Source: the human T2T-CHM13v2.0 reference genome, Homo sapiens
Direction: 5' to 3' (one strand)
NCBI RefSeq assembly: GCF_009914755.1
Contig: NC_060939.1
DNA length: 64,000 bases
Position numbers and translations under genes: made by a program. Position 1 is the stretch's first letter; each line of letters begins with the position of its first letter. Below the pieces are notes generated by a model, which saw only the letters and a program-made list of their open reading frames with translations, did no database searches and had not been told where the DNA came from. Positions 46,674 to 59,194 of the stretch are shown here, piece after piece.

Positions 46674-47880
46674 AAATATCTATGTTATAGCAAAAAGGTA
46701 TGAAAACTATATATATCTTCAAATAAATGAGGTGCTACTCTGCAGAATAAAAGTCAGGCCCTACATTTCTTCAGATCCCCTCCAAACACGGTTACCGTTG
46801 CTAGTGGCTGGTATTTTTACAGTTAATGATCCTTTTAATCTTAAAACACACAAAACAATTTTGGAAAAGCTACAGGTATTTCTTGGTTTTCAAATCTATC
46901 TGACAGGCATATAAAACAGCACTACCTCTGGATTTGGCTACTATTTCTTTTATATATACACAGCTTTATTCAGATCATAATAACCTCAGCCACGAGGTAA
47001 ATGGTAATCAGTAAATGACTGTGACCGGCAGTGTTTCCTCAGGCAGCTGCCACTTGCATTTGGGCTGCTATGCTTCTTTTCTTCCAGAATGAAAATTATT
47101 TTTGTGACAGTAATTATGATTTGGCCTTGCATCTGGTCAAACAATAGTCTTTACATTCATTGCAAAGCTCTGGTATTAAGGAGGCCAGGAAAGGGCTTCA
47201 TGGAAAATGCTTGTAGATACTGCCCTTTAGCAATAAAAAGGTGGGAAATGGGTCATTGGTTTGGTGGGTAAAGGAAGCCATGGATGGAGAGGACAGTTTA
47301 AAAGATCTTCCTCCCTCAAATGTAGCCTGTACTGCATTTTCATCTCCTTCCTTTGCAGGGACTGAACGTGGACAGCTTCAAAATACCCTTTTATCAATTC
47401 AATATAACAATATAATGATAGAGGCTCACTCCATTAAATCCTCTTTCCCCCTGACTTCTCTCTAGTTCTCCTCACACCAACACTACTAATTTCTCTGCTC
47501 TCAGATACAAAGTCCTGCTAAGGAAATCCAGAAACTGATAAATGAGTCTATTATAAACTTCACCTGAGCCTTGACTGCTGTTCAGAAATCCTTTATCTCT
47601 TAACTTCATCTCAAAATCTTTCAGTAGCAATTCCCAACTTCATCCCAAGCCATTTAAGTGATTTTCCTCTTGGTCTGCAAGAGCTAAAAATAGTAGCTCC
47701 ACAGAATTACAGTTTTAAGGATCATGTGAGAATGAGATTATTTCCACAGCCAAATACAAATAAGGTACTTATTAATCATGTTATAGGAGGCCTTGTTATG
47801 ATTGATTAGATGACATATACCCTTCAAATACTAAAACTGTGAAACGTGTAAAAACTATATTGATAGCTAACCGTACTCAC

Positions 47881-47994
47881 CACTGTAAGCTCTTTACCAG
47901 CTGCTTTCCGGAATGCTTTGGTCCACCTAACTTTGCGAGGATTGCGCTTCTTTTTAAAGTTTTTATGACATTTAGATTTGCAAAATCTGAACAC
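47881..47994 (-). CDS. RSL24D1: RSL24D1 coding exon 2 ([38 protein letters not shown])
   Basis: ttgtag|GTG...GTG|gtgagt; 114 nt, phase 0/0; contains the L24e RNPRKVRWT motif. Confidence 0.98.
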
Positions 47995-49934
47995 CTACAA
48001 GAAAAGTTAAAATATTGAGAAGTCAACATTAAAAACTTTTCTATCACAAGACGTTACCCCTGCTAGACAAAAAATACTTTCCCTTCTACTTAAACTGCCA
48101 TTTAGAAATGTGTAAGATATATCAGATTAAATGGAAACAACTATTTTTTGACTATCAAACATCATCCCAACCAAAGGCTAAGGGCCCTGAAAATATTATT
48201 TTAAATTACTAATCATTTATATAGAATAACAGTAAAATTATTTCAAATAAAGGGAACAGTTTTAAGTAAAGTCATTTATTTAAGTCCTTTCTTAATTCAG
48301 GATAATTTTCAAAATTCACTGTCTTTATACCTCAATGGGGATAAAAGTTTCAAACAACCATTCTGAAATCTCCTTTGGGTCTTTCCATCTTCCTTGTTGA
48401 AAGCACAAAATAATTTCAAAAGCAAGTAAAACTGGTGATATAACAGATTCGTTTTCGACTTACTCACAGATCTGCTAGCAAGATTCTTTACTACTTTAAC
48501 TCTCCACCTTCATCCTACAAGATTTAATCCTTTAATAGTGCTAACTTACAACTGATGATGCTTCAACATGTCCCTGAAATGTCTTATTAGGACTCATTTT
48601 ATAAATCTAACAGTATTATTTTGTTACTTTGTAATGCCTTAGAACACACTGCAATTTGTGTATGCCCTGGAGGAAATGGGAAGAGAAAAAGTAATTATTT
48701 GGGGTTTGTGGATCTTGGTAAAGAAAATTAAGTTGAATTATCACACCTAAAAGGTATGACAGATAATAGGTCAAAGTAAACAGTACAAACACTTCAAACT
48801 AAATAAGCCTGTGTATGTATCACAAATCATAATACTTTTCACCTTTTATATATGTTGCCCTAAGGGGAACTTCAAGTAGGTCACTACATACAGTAGGACA
48901 GTTTTCTTAGAAACTGTTGCTATTAGTTTAATCTGATCCAGGCCCATACCTCCTACAGAGCCTTCTCCTAAGACACTAGAGTGAAAGCATGTCTATATCC
49001 TTGAGTTAGTTTCAAATAGACTAGAAAATATAAGAACTACTAGTCTCCTGGAGTAGCCTACTATGAAATCATAAATAAAAAATGAATATATGAAAATCAT
49101 TGTGAAATGAATTATATTTTGAGTATTTTCAGCCCAAAATACTATTATTTTTTAAGCAAAAGCCTCCCACATTTAATATCTACTAGATATCCCTTAGGCA
49201 AATTCCTTTTTCTACTATTTATCTAATGGGAGGACTAAATTTGTTTTGGCTCCTCTCAATTCCAAATAGACCCAATGAGGAATCTAGTTGGTTCCTTAAC
49301 TAATAGGTATTACCTGAAAGGCACAATGAAGGATCTACAGAGACCTGGAACCAGAGGAGGTGCAAAGGGGATTCAATCAGTAAATAAAGAGCATCTATGT
49401 GCCTGATGTTGTACTAGTGCTAAGGATACAAGAACAATTAAAATTTGGTACTCTACCTTGAGAAGCTTAGTCTAGCAATGTGATAATCTCACTTTGCAAT
49501 CAAGAAAGATCAAGATCTGACTAGGATATAAACAATGGGATAAAGTTATAATCATGTATAATGTAATATGTAAACACATATGAGGAAGTGGTTAAATCTA
49601 TGGTGGGGTAAGAGGTGGATGGCTTATGTGTCAGGCAAAGCTTTATGGTTTCAAGTTTCTCTTTTAATTTAGTCCCCTAAATGCTAACATGCTAACAAAT
49701 GATCCCCCATACCTTGGACTCAAAGTTCTTCAAACCTTTCTTATTCCACTAATTCAACATTTATTAAGCCCTCATTAAGAATGTATTTTCCCTGTTTGCA
49801 AAGTATGTGCAAATATAGAGAATTAGCATTAATTCTACCCTTAACCCATTTATGCCTAAGAAGAGTAAAAGGTGAAGTTTCTATTAATAACAGTCTCAGA
49901 AACTAAGAGAATAAAGGCAGAAAGACTAGTTAAA

Positions 49935-49960
49935 GCCTGGGAAACATAGCAAGCCTCTGT

Positions 49961-50001
<41 letters not shown>

Positions 50002-50207
50002 GTTAATCTCCCCGTCTCTACAAAAAATTTTTTTGATATTGGGCATGGTGGTGCACACCTGTAGTCCCAGCTACTCAGCATGCTGAGGAGGGAGGACTGC
50101 TTAAGTACAGGAGACTGAGGCTGCAGAGAGCCATGATCACACATCTGCACTCCAGCCTGGGCAATAGACAGTGAGACCCTGTCTCAAAAAAAAAAAAAAA
50201 AAAAAAG
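49935..50207 (+). mobile_element. Truncated AluJ containing a (CA)~17 microsatellite (49964-49998)
   Basis: Alu sequence interrupted by a CA run. Confidence 0.9.
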
Positions 50208-51699
50208 GCTAGATAAGAGGCTATAAAAGTGGTAAGAGCCTAATCTGAACTAGGACAGGAAAGTAGAAAGAAGGCAAAGACACCACTATCTTTGCAGAGG
50301 CAGGATAGGTAAGACTTGATAACTAGATACAAAAGGTGAAAAGATTCAGACGACTCTCATGTTTCTAGCAAAACTATCCGGGCACTTAAGAGTGGTATTA
50401 ATTCACAGAGCAAAAAGATCTGAGGTACTAAGGAATTCTCTTTCAGTAGGCCCACTGTACCTACTGTTAGGTACATCCAATGGAAAATTCAGATTTGGAG
50501 CTCAGGAGATTTAGGTTTGGAAATCAAGCATAAAAAAAGATGAGATACTTGTTCTTTGTTAGTGCTTCAGGCCCTCTATCTTTTATTTCCTCCAACAACT
50601 CTCTTCTGGATCCACTGGTGACTCCCAACCAACTCAACACTGTCCTTATTCTTCATCAACTTAACTTCCACTGTGTCTACCAAATCAATACCCAGGTCTT
50701 GACAGTTCTCACGATCTGTTGTTCTAATTCCAATATCCAGCCGACAAGCATCCTGGACGAAAATCACAAAATCGTAACGACATCATGTATAAAACCATAC
50801 TGCCTACTCTGAATTAGACCCCAACCTGGCAATCTTTTGGTTCATTTTTATAAACTTCTTATCATGTTCCTGAGAGCAAGTATTCAAAATCTTCTAGGTT
50901 CTTTTACGTTATCAAACATGGCTTTGGTCCGTCACTTTCAGCTGAATCCCTTGGATCTAATTAATGAGGTCAATATCTTTGATCTGTTACAGAGATATAA
51001 GGTGAAGAAGTCAGACTTGTAATTATTTAGCACGTCAAATTCACCTTAATATACAGATTCTTAGACCCTCTTCCCCTCCCCCAAAGATTCCAACTCAATA
51101 GATCTGGTGAAAACCAGGAATCTGTAAACGCCCAGTAATTCAGAAGCAAACGTAAGAGATCAAATTCTGAGAAACAATGTGTTTCTCTGAGAAAGAGAGG
51201 AACGGGATTCATTCTGTAATGACAGGACAAATTCATGTACCATTCAAAACGTCTTTCACAACTAGGACTCATATTTATTATTTACGTTTACAGACTTATT
51301 ATACTTGTAGCCCTACGCCCAAGGCTCTATCATCATTTACAATCCAGTCACTTCCTCAAACAAATGTATTTGCTCCGTTCTCTGCCTTTTCTCAAAATGT
51401 TCACTTTCCTTCCACTTAGAAGGCCCCCTCCGCTTTCTTCCGCAAAATTCAGGATCCAAGATAAATATCACCTCTATGCTGAGTCTTTCCGTACAGGACC
51501 CTCCCCAACTCACCTGCAGTAACTTAATACATAACTCTACCATTAAGCAATACGGAACACTTCCATCAACCTCTACACTTTAGTATGGACCTTAGTGTAA
51601 TGCCTGACAGGGTATACACTCAACAAAGTTTACTGGATTCAAGAATTTGGCCCAAGTACATGAGTGGCCAAACAGCCCTCACAGACATCCAAGATTCCT

Positions 51700-52700
51700 G
51701 GTAGGCGCTAGCTGGGATCGCTCCTGAAGTTCCTCGCTGCCAACGCCACCCAAGGGTGGCGTGGTGGCCAGCGCCGCTCGGAAGACGGGCAAGGAGAAAC
51801 CCCCGAAGCGGAACGTTGAGAACGGAGGCCCAGTTAAGCCACCCTCCCAGGGGAACAACGGGAGGAACCCGGGCCAAACACGGCAGACGCAGAAGCACCC
51901 AGCACCGAGCCGCCGCGCCCAGGAACCGCGGGAGCTAGGCTGAAGCAAGAACTGGTGTCGACCGCCTTACCTTGCAATCGTTGCGGACGAACATCATGCC
52001 GTGTCCAGGATAGATGGGCCCCGAACAGAAATAACACTTTTCGATACGCATGTTGAACCCGCGTGTAACCCCACCAAACAAACGCCAAGCTTGAGAGGAA
52101 GTGATGCAACCCCGTCACCGGAAGTTACCTTCTTCCCCCTTCCCCGACCGGAAAAAGGCAAGCGTCCTTCGTTCTCGCGGGTCTGTTAGACCAGATGCGA
52201 ACACGACTGTGCCTCCGGCGGCCGTGTGGTCAAATGCGCTGCCGTTTGACGCAGGCGCAGAGCTGCAGACTAGACCTGTTCGCTGTTACTTTGGGGAAAT
52301 GTGGTTCTGCGCCACCTTGTGAACTTGCTCTCACAGCGCCTAGTTTTTTCTCTCTGTGTGTCGGCATTTATGCAAGTATTATGTATCTTTGGTTTGTGCT
52401 TTGCCTCGGAGTGCTCTCGAGAGCACTCTCTTAACTCATTTGTCTACTGCCTGCCCTAGACCAGCCCTCGATTCTCGTCCCACAGTGATTTGCAGGGTGT
52501 AAGCGGCGAAGACCCTGCAATCCAGCGTTGCTTCGAACATTGCAATGAAAACGGTTGAGTTGCTGATGCTCCAAGGACTTTACCAGCAATTTTTTTAAAT
52601 ATAAAATCGTGTTATCCGCCTCCCCCCCATTTTAATTAATATGCATATGTAGTAAACAAATATTTTCGCCGGAAACTACGACTCCCTCCCTAGACCTGCG
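51700..52700 (-). promoter_or_regulatory. CpG island / RSL24D1 promoter with ETS, NRF1-like and ZNF143-like motifs
   Basis: Only CpG-dense non-Alu stretch in the window; AGGAAGTG 52096-52103, ACCGGAAGT 52117-52125, ACCGGAA 52147-52153, ACGCAGGCGCA 52249-52259, ACTACGACTCCC 52675-52686; no TATA box seen. Confidence 0.85.
51971..52051 (-). CDS. RSL24D1: RSL24D1 coding exon 1 ([27 protein letters not shown]), ribosomal L24e/TRASH zinc-binding domain
   Basis: Minus strand reads ttcaacATGCGTATCGAAAAGTGT...TGCAAG|gtaagg; 81 nt, A at -3, canonical donor; matches the RLP24/L24e N-terminus. Confidence 0.98.
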
Positions 52701-52864
52701 GTCTTCCTCCCCAGGGGCAAAACAGTTCCATTTATTACCTGCCAGAGCTTTTCTGTGCATAGGCAAACATGTATATTTGTGTGTTTGCCTGTCTCTACGT
52801 CCTCTTCTTTATAATACTAGTTAATATGCTATTTACTCTTTTCTGCATCTTGCTGTTACCTTGT

Positions 52865-52985
52865 ATCCCTTCATTGGAATGTGAGCTCCATGAGGGGCAG
52901 GGATTTCAGTTCGTTTGGTTTACAACTACATCCCAGTATCTAGAACAGTCCCTGGCACATAATAGGCATTTGATACATATTTTAC
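52865..52985 (+). mobile_element. L2 3' end
   Basis: gaatgtgagctccatgagg...cctggcacataatagg. Confidence 0.7.
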
Positions 52986-53901
52986 TGTAAAAGGGTATTT
53001 AACATTCTTTTTCATATATATATGCCATTGTATGAAAGTATTTTAATTGGTCACTAATCGATGGGCATTCTTATCTTTTGATATAATAAGTATCTGTTGG
53101 TACGCTTTTTCAGGAGAGGGTTTATGTAGAACTGCTGGATCAGAGGAGCTGGATATAGATAAATAGTTTTAAAATTTGGCAGATAATACTAAATTGCCTT
53201 CCAAAAGTTTTTACCAATTAACACTCAGCATCAACAAATAAGATGTCTGTTTCACTACCCCGCTGTGAAAAGTGATCTTTGCCAACCTGAGATGAAAATT
53301 TATCTTATTATTATTTCAACTTGAATTTAATTACAAATGATGTTAAGAATCTTTCACAATGTTTTTCAGCTTTTTTCTGTGAATTGCCTGTTCAGGTCCT
53401 ACGCAGTTTTCTATTCTTTCGTTGATTTTCAACAGCACTTTACACGTTAAGGTTAGTCCTTTGCTGACATGCATTTAGAAATTATTTCCCTATCAATGTT
53501 TTAAGCTTTGCTCATGGTATTTTTCCATGCAGAAATATGTTGTTTATATATTCAGATTTATCCAATTTTTTTATGATTTTGGATTTGGTACTTTCCTTTA
53601 AACTGCACTTCTCACTCCAAAATTGTTTTTCAAAATGTTTTCTCTTATGTTTTGTAGTTTCATTTTTTTGCATTTGAATTTTCAACTCGTCTGGAATTTA
53701 AGTATAAATGACATAAGACTCCAGTGTCTTTCCCTCAGTGCTGTATGTTGATAAAGCATCCTTTCCCCCACTCACTCATAATGTCACATCTATGGCTCCA
53801 TTTCTGGACTCAGTTCCATCGTTTTATTTGTTAATGTGCCACTGCCCAAATATTTAAATTATTGTCATTTTTTGAATAACTGGGTTTACCTCCTCTCCCT
53901 T

Positions 53902-54261
53902 TCTATTAGTTTTCATGCTGCTGATAAAGACATACCCTAGACTAGGCAATTTATACAGGAAAGAGGTTTAATGGACTCTTTATGGCTGGGGACACCTCAC
54001 AATCACAGCAGAAGCCGAGGAGGAGCAAGTCAGGTCTTACATGGATGGCAGCAGGCAAAGAGAATGAAAACCAAATGAAAGGCGAAACCCCTTTAAAATA
54101 ATCAGATCTCGTGAGACTTATGCACTATCATGAGAACAGTGTAGGGGAAACTGGCCCCATGATTCAATTATCTCCCACCAAGTCCCTCCCACAACACATA
54201 GGAATTATGGGAGCTATAATTCAAGATGAGATTTGGGTGGGGACACAGCCAAACCATATCA
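53902..54261 (-). mobile_element. THE1 solo LTR with 5-bp TSD
   Basis: catgctgctgataaagacatacc...ggggacacagccaaaccatatca; CCCTT at 53897-53901 and 54262-54266. Confidence 0.92.
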
Positions 54262-55728
54262 CCCTTCCTTCCTTGTCCTTCTTATTCATTTTTTATCTGG
54301 CTATTCTTCAACATTTATCTTTTCATTTTAACTCTAGAATCAGTTTGTATAGTTATAATCTTCAAATACACACATTTTTCCTTTTATTGGATACTTTTTC
54401 TTGTCTAGTCATTCGACCAGTAATTCCAGAGTAATGTTAAATAACAAAGGCACATACCAGAAATTTTAGTAATAAACATCTGCCCAATACTTTATTGTCA
54501 ACCAAGAGACTGAAAATTATTTTACTTTTCTTTACTCTTCCTCTCCTATCCTCCTCAACAATTATGGAAGAGCCTCACCAATCTTTGCAAACTTTACACA
54601 GTTCCTTCCCAACTCTGTTTGTTCCTACTACTTCACCAAGAAATTTTATACCCTTCCCATATACATGAACACCCAGGTTTACCCTCTTACCTTTGATGTC
54701 AGAGGCCACATCATTTATCTGTGTTCTTAATTTCATACCTTAAGGCTTCATCTGAGACTTTGTTCCCTTCAGTCCATGAACATATTCAGTGCTTCACTTT
54801 AGAATGAGTGTGTGTATAGCCAGCCTTAGAAATTGTTTTTTTCTTTCCATCTATTTTAATGGAATACAAGATTGAACTGAAATCTTGGAAATATGATTCC
54901 ATTTATCCTTCTTAGGATTTATGATTCCTAAATCTAAGGGTATGTGTCTTTTATCATTACTGGAAAATTCTCAGCTATTATCTTTTCATATAGTGCCTCT
55001 TCCTTCAGTTTCTCTAATTTCTCCTCATAGAATTCCTACTAGATATAAGTTGGAGCTTTTTTTCTTCCCTCTGTGTCTTTTAACCCCTCCAGGACTTTCT
55101 CCTTATCTCTGTCTGCTGAATTATGGGTAATTTCCTCTGACCTGCCTTCTAGAATTTCCTCTTCAACTCTGTCAAACCTGTCATTTAACCTCTAACCATT
55201 AAGTTTTGAATATCAATGGCTGTATTTTTCACTGTTGGAAGTTTTTGTTTTTTTGTTTTTTTTTTAATTCAAACCAGTCTGTTATCTTTAATATTGTCTT
55301 CTTTTCTGGATTTTTTAGTTCCTTTCATGTTTGTGATTATCTTAAACACTTTGACTTTATGGTCTGCTTCTGATAAGTATATTATTTGAGGTTCTTAAAT
55401 GCCAAATCCTGCTGGCTGTTTGGTCTGCTGGCCCTTGCTAATGACTGGAGGTAAGAATGAAGAAGAAATAGATTGTAATTTTTCATTGTAATCTCATCCA
55501 TAGTAGGGTGTTTTTTGGCCTGTGCAGAAATTCCATCTGTAAACATTTTTGCTTTGCTTCCACCAAGTAATCCAGAACAAATCCCTTCTTTAAAATGTTA
55601 ATTTTTGTTAATTTCTTGATTGAACATACCCAGAAAAATTAGGTATTATACACTTTAACCTTAAACCTGTGTTCAAGCCGACTTGTAGTTGTAAATTTTC
55701 ACAAGAGATTAAAGGCATAGACTAGGTT

Positions 55729-56035
55729 GGCCAGGCACGGTGGCTCACGCCTGTAATCCCAGCACTTTGGGAGGCCAAGGTGGGTGGATCACAAGGTCAG
55801 GAGTTCAAGAGCAGCCTGGACAAGATGGTGAAACCCCATCTCTATTAGAAATACAAAAATTAGCCGAGTGTGGTGGTGGGTGCCTGTAATCCCATCTACT
55901 CGGGAGGCTGAGGCAGAGAATTGCTTGAACCCGGGAGGCAGAGGTTGCAGTGAGCCAAGATCGCACCACTGCACTCCAGCCTGGGCGACAGAGCAAGACT
56001 CCATCTCAAAAAGAAGAATAAGAAAAAAAAAAAAA
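55729..56035 (+). mobile_element. AluS (Sg-like)
   Basis: Dimeric Alu. Confidence 0.95.
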
Positions 56036-56529
56036 CCATAGAGCAGGTCCTGGATTTCTGTGTGTTTGGGGACAGAGGGCTGCAGTTTCATCACCCTATT
56101 CTCAACAGGCCCAAGGTTTTCTTTACTAATTCTTTGTAGCCATTATAACAAAGCATCCTGATTACCGATACTGGCAAAACCAAACCAAAAGCAAACCACA
56201 ATCAGCATCAGGTTGTTTTAAGTTCCATCTGTTGTCTGTTTTTAAGGGGAAGGAGGTGGTCTTAGGGCATTGCCCATATTTTTTTGAGAAATCATCGGTA
56301 CATTTTTAAAAAATATGTTCATACTTTATCCAGCATTATCTAAGTATCTTATAATGGAAGAGCTTATTAGTTTTATAAATACCTATATTACCAATAACAG
56401 AAGAGCTGGAAATACCACCATAGAGATTTCCAATTTATAAAAATACCAAGTGAAACATGTCTTAAATAGATTGTTAGCCATCTTGACATCAACTTCAAAA
56501 GATCAGAAATTATCTCTCAGATTTCTTAA

Positions 56530-56824
<295 letters not shown>

Positions 56825-57148
56825 TAGATTTCTTGATTTCTTGCAATGAATTAGTATGGACTTACTATATGTGAACCTTTTTAAACATTTTTAACGCTGT
56901 TTTTATTTTCAAATTGCGTTTTTCTGTCTTTTAACATTAACAGTGGCCTCTTTTGAAAACTCTCTTGACCCTGCTGCCTCTTTAAGTCCTTTACTCAGTC
57001 AATTAACAAAAATTTGAGTACCTATTGTGTACCAGGCCTTTTTCTGAGTGACGGTAACAGTTTTGAAGAAAACTACCTAAATCCCTGTCCTTGTTTGTGG
57101 AGCTTGTATCTTAGTGGATGTAGACAAATATATAAATATGTCAAGTGA

Positions 57149-57183
57149 ATCACTTGTCAGCCTCTTGGCTAAGAATAATTGTA
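57149..57183 (+). pseudogene. 3'-truncated U2 snRNA retrocopy (nt 1-35) inserted in an L2
   Basis: ATCACTTGTCAGCCTCTTGGCTAAGAATAATTGTA vs U2 ATCGCTTCTCGGCCTTTTGGCTAAGATCAAGTGTA (28/35); degenerate 15-bp TSD. Confidence 0.8.
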
Positions 57184-57695
57184 AATACATCAGGTGGTGA
57201 AATATTTACATTGAGTGATATGAAGAAACGCAAAGCAGAACAACAGGTCAAGGAGTGACAATCTGGTTGGGGCCATGAATGGGAGTGACTGCTCTTTTAT
57301 ATAAGGTGGTCAGTAAAGTTCTTTGGACAAAGTGGCATTTGAACAGTCTTAAAGGATAGGAGAGGTATACATGGAACACTAGCATTCCAGACAGAGGGAA
57401 CTGCAAATGCAAGAGATCTGAGGCAGGAACATGCTTGACTGCTCCAAGGAGGCCAGTGTGCCTGAGAAGAGTGAGTTGGACAGTGGTAAGAAATAAGGTC
57501 AGAAGGTCAGAGAAGCCATCTCTCCACATATACCCTCCTCATCCAGTCCATGACTGTACCCTCCCCAGTGTCTCTTGCATCATCTCTCAGCCCTGCATGA
57601 TCTTAGTTCAGGCCTCAATCATCCTTGTTTTGTTTATCTGAGATTGTCTACTACAACACTTCCCAAATATAGGTGCTCAATATATGTTTGATAAC

Positions 57696-57966
57696 TTTTT
57701 TTTTTTTTTTGAGACAGAGTTTTGCTCTTGTTGCCCAGGCTGGAGTGCAACCTCCGCCTCCTGGGTTCAAGCGATTCTCCTGCCTCAGCCTCCCAAGTAG
57801 CTGGGGTTACAGTCATGCGCCACCACGCCCAGCTAATTTTGTATTTTTAGTAGAGATGGGGTTTCTCCATGTTTGTCAGGCTGGTCTCAAACTCTCAACC
57901 TCAGGTGATCTGCCTGCCTCGGCCTCCCAAAGTGCTGGGATTACAGGCGTGAGCCACTGCGCCCAA
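57696..57966 (-). mobile_element. AluSp-like with a small internal deletion
   Basis: Reverse Alu; tgataac on both sides. Confidence 0.93.
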
Positions 57967-58147
57967 CCTGATAACATTTTTAATTACTTTTCCAGAATAT
58001 GTTGTCTTGGCTGGCCCCTCAGTGAGCACCTAATGGAACGTGTATCCCTGAATTTCATTTCCTTTGGCATTACAACCTCTGGTATGAAACTTTGTGATAA
58101 TAAATACAGTTACGTTCACACACAAATTTGACAGACTAGACCACTTT

Positions 58148-58153
58148 TTTATT
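58148..58153 (-). terminator. Candidate distal RAB27A polyadenylation signal
   Basis: TTTATT on + strand; GU-rich sequence (tttgtgtgtg) ~20-30 nt downstream on the transcript. Confidence 0.7.
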
Positions 58154-58489
58154 ACAGCTTAATTGGCACATGGTTCACTGAAGATACACTTCACTTTTAC
58201 ATAGGCTTGTAAATAGAAAAATACATTGATGCACAAAAAATATAGTACTTCAATACCAAACTTAAATGATTTCCAAAAAGAATACAGGTTATTTCAATAA
58301 TTAAAGGTGGCTTTTGTGTGTGCACTATATCATGTATACACTTAATTGTATGTTTAAGGCCAGTGGAATCTATAGCTAATTACTCATTTGGTTCTTGAAA
58401 ACTGAAACATGCAAACATTCTTATTTTTATGTTTAAAGACATTTAATGTGTTATTCTAACACAAATACACCATATAGAATATGCCCTGA

Positions 58490-58882
<393 letters not shown>

Positions 58883-59093
58883 AACCCTGCTCTTGAAATG
58901 TCTAAATCTTTTCCTCACTAGCATATACAATTCAAATGCACAGGCCTCCATGACTTCTTTGGAATTTAAAAGAAGCCTTCATTTCAAGGATAGAAATATG
59001 TAAAATTTTACCAACCATGGATAAGTTTGTTATGGGAGTAGTGGAAGGACAGTGGAAAAAAAAATAGGTTTTTTCATGATACTTTTATTTTTC

Positions 59094-59194
59094 CTTTTTT
59101 AAAAATAAATTTAGGGGGTACAAGTACAGTTTAGATACATGAATATATTGTGTAGTCGTAAAGTCTGGGCTTCTAGTGTAACCATCACGCAAAT
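59094..59194 (-). mobile_element. ~100-bp L1MA-like 3' end in the RAB27A 3'UTR
   Basis: tttagggggtacaagtacagt...tagtgtaaccatcac; TSD atactt(t/g)tatttttc at 59079-59093 and 59195-59209. Confidence 0.75.

Noticed and set aside
51620-52434. Cluster of overlapping short ORFs on both strands
   Set aside because: Expected from stop-codon scarcity in a CpG island
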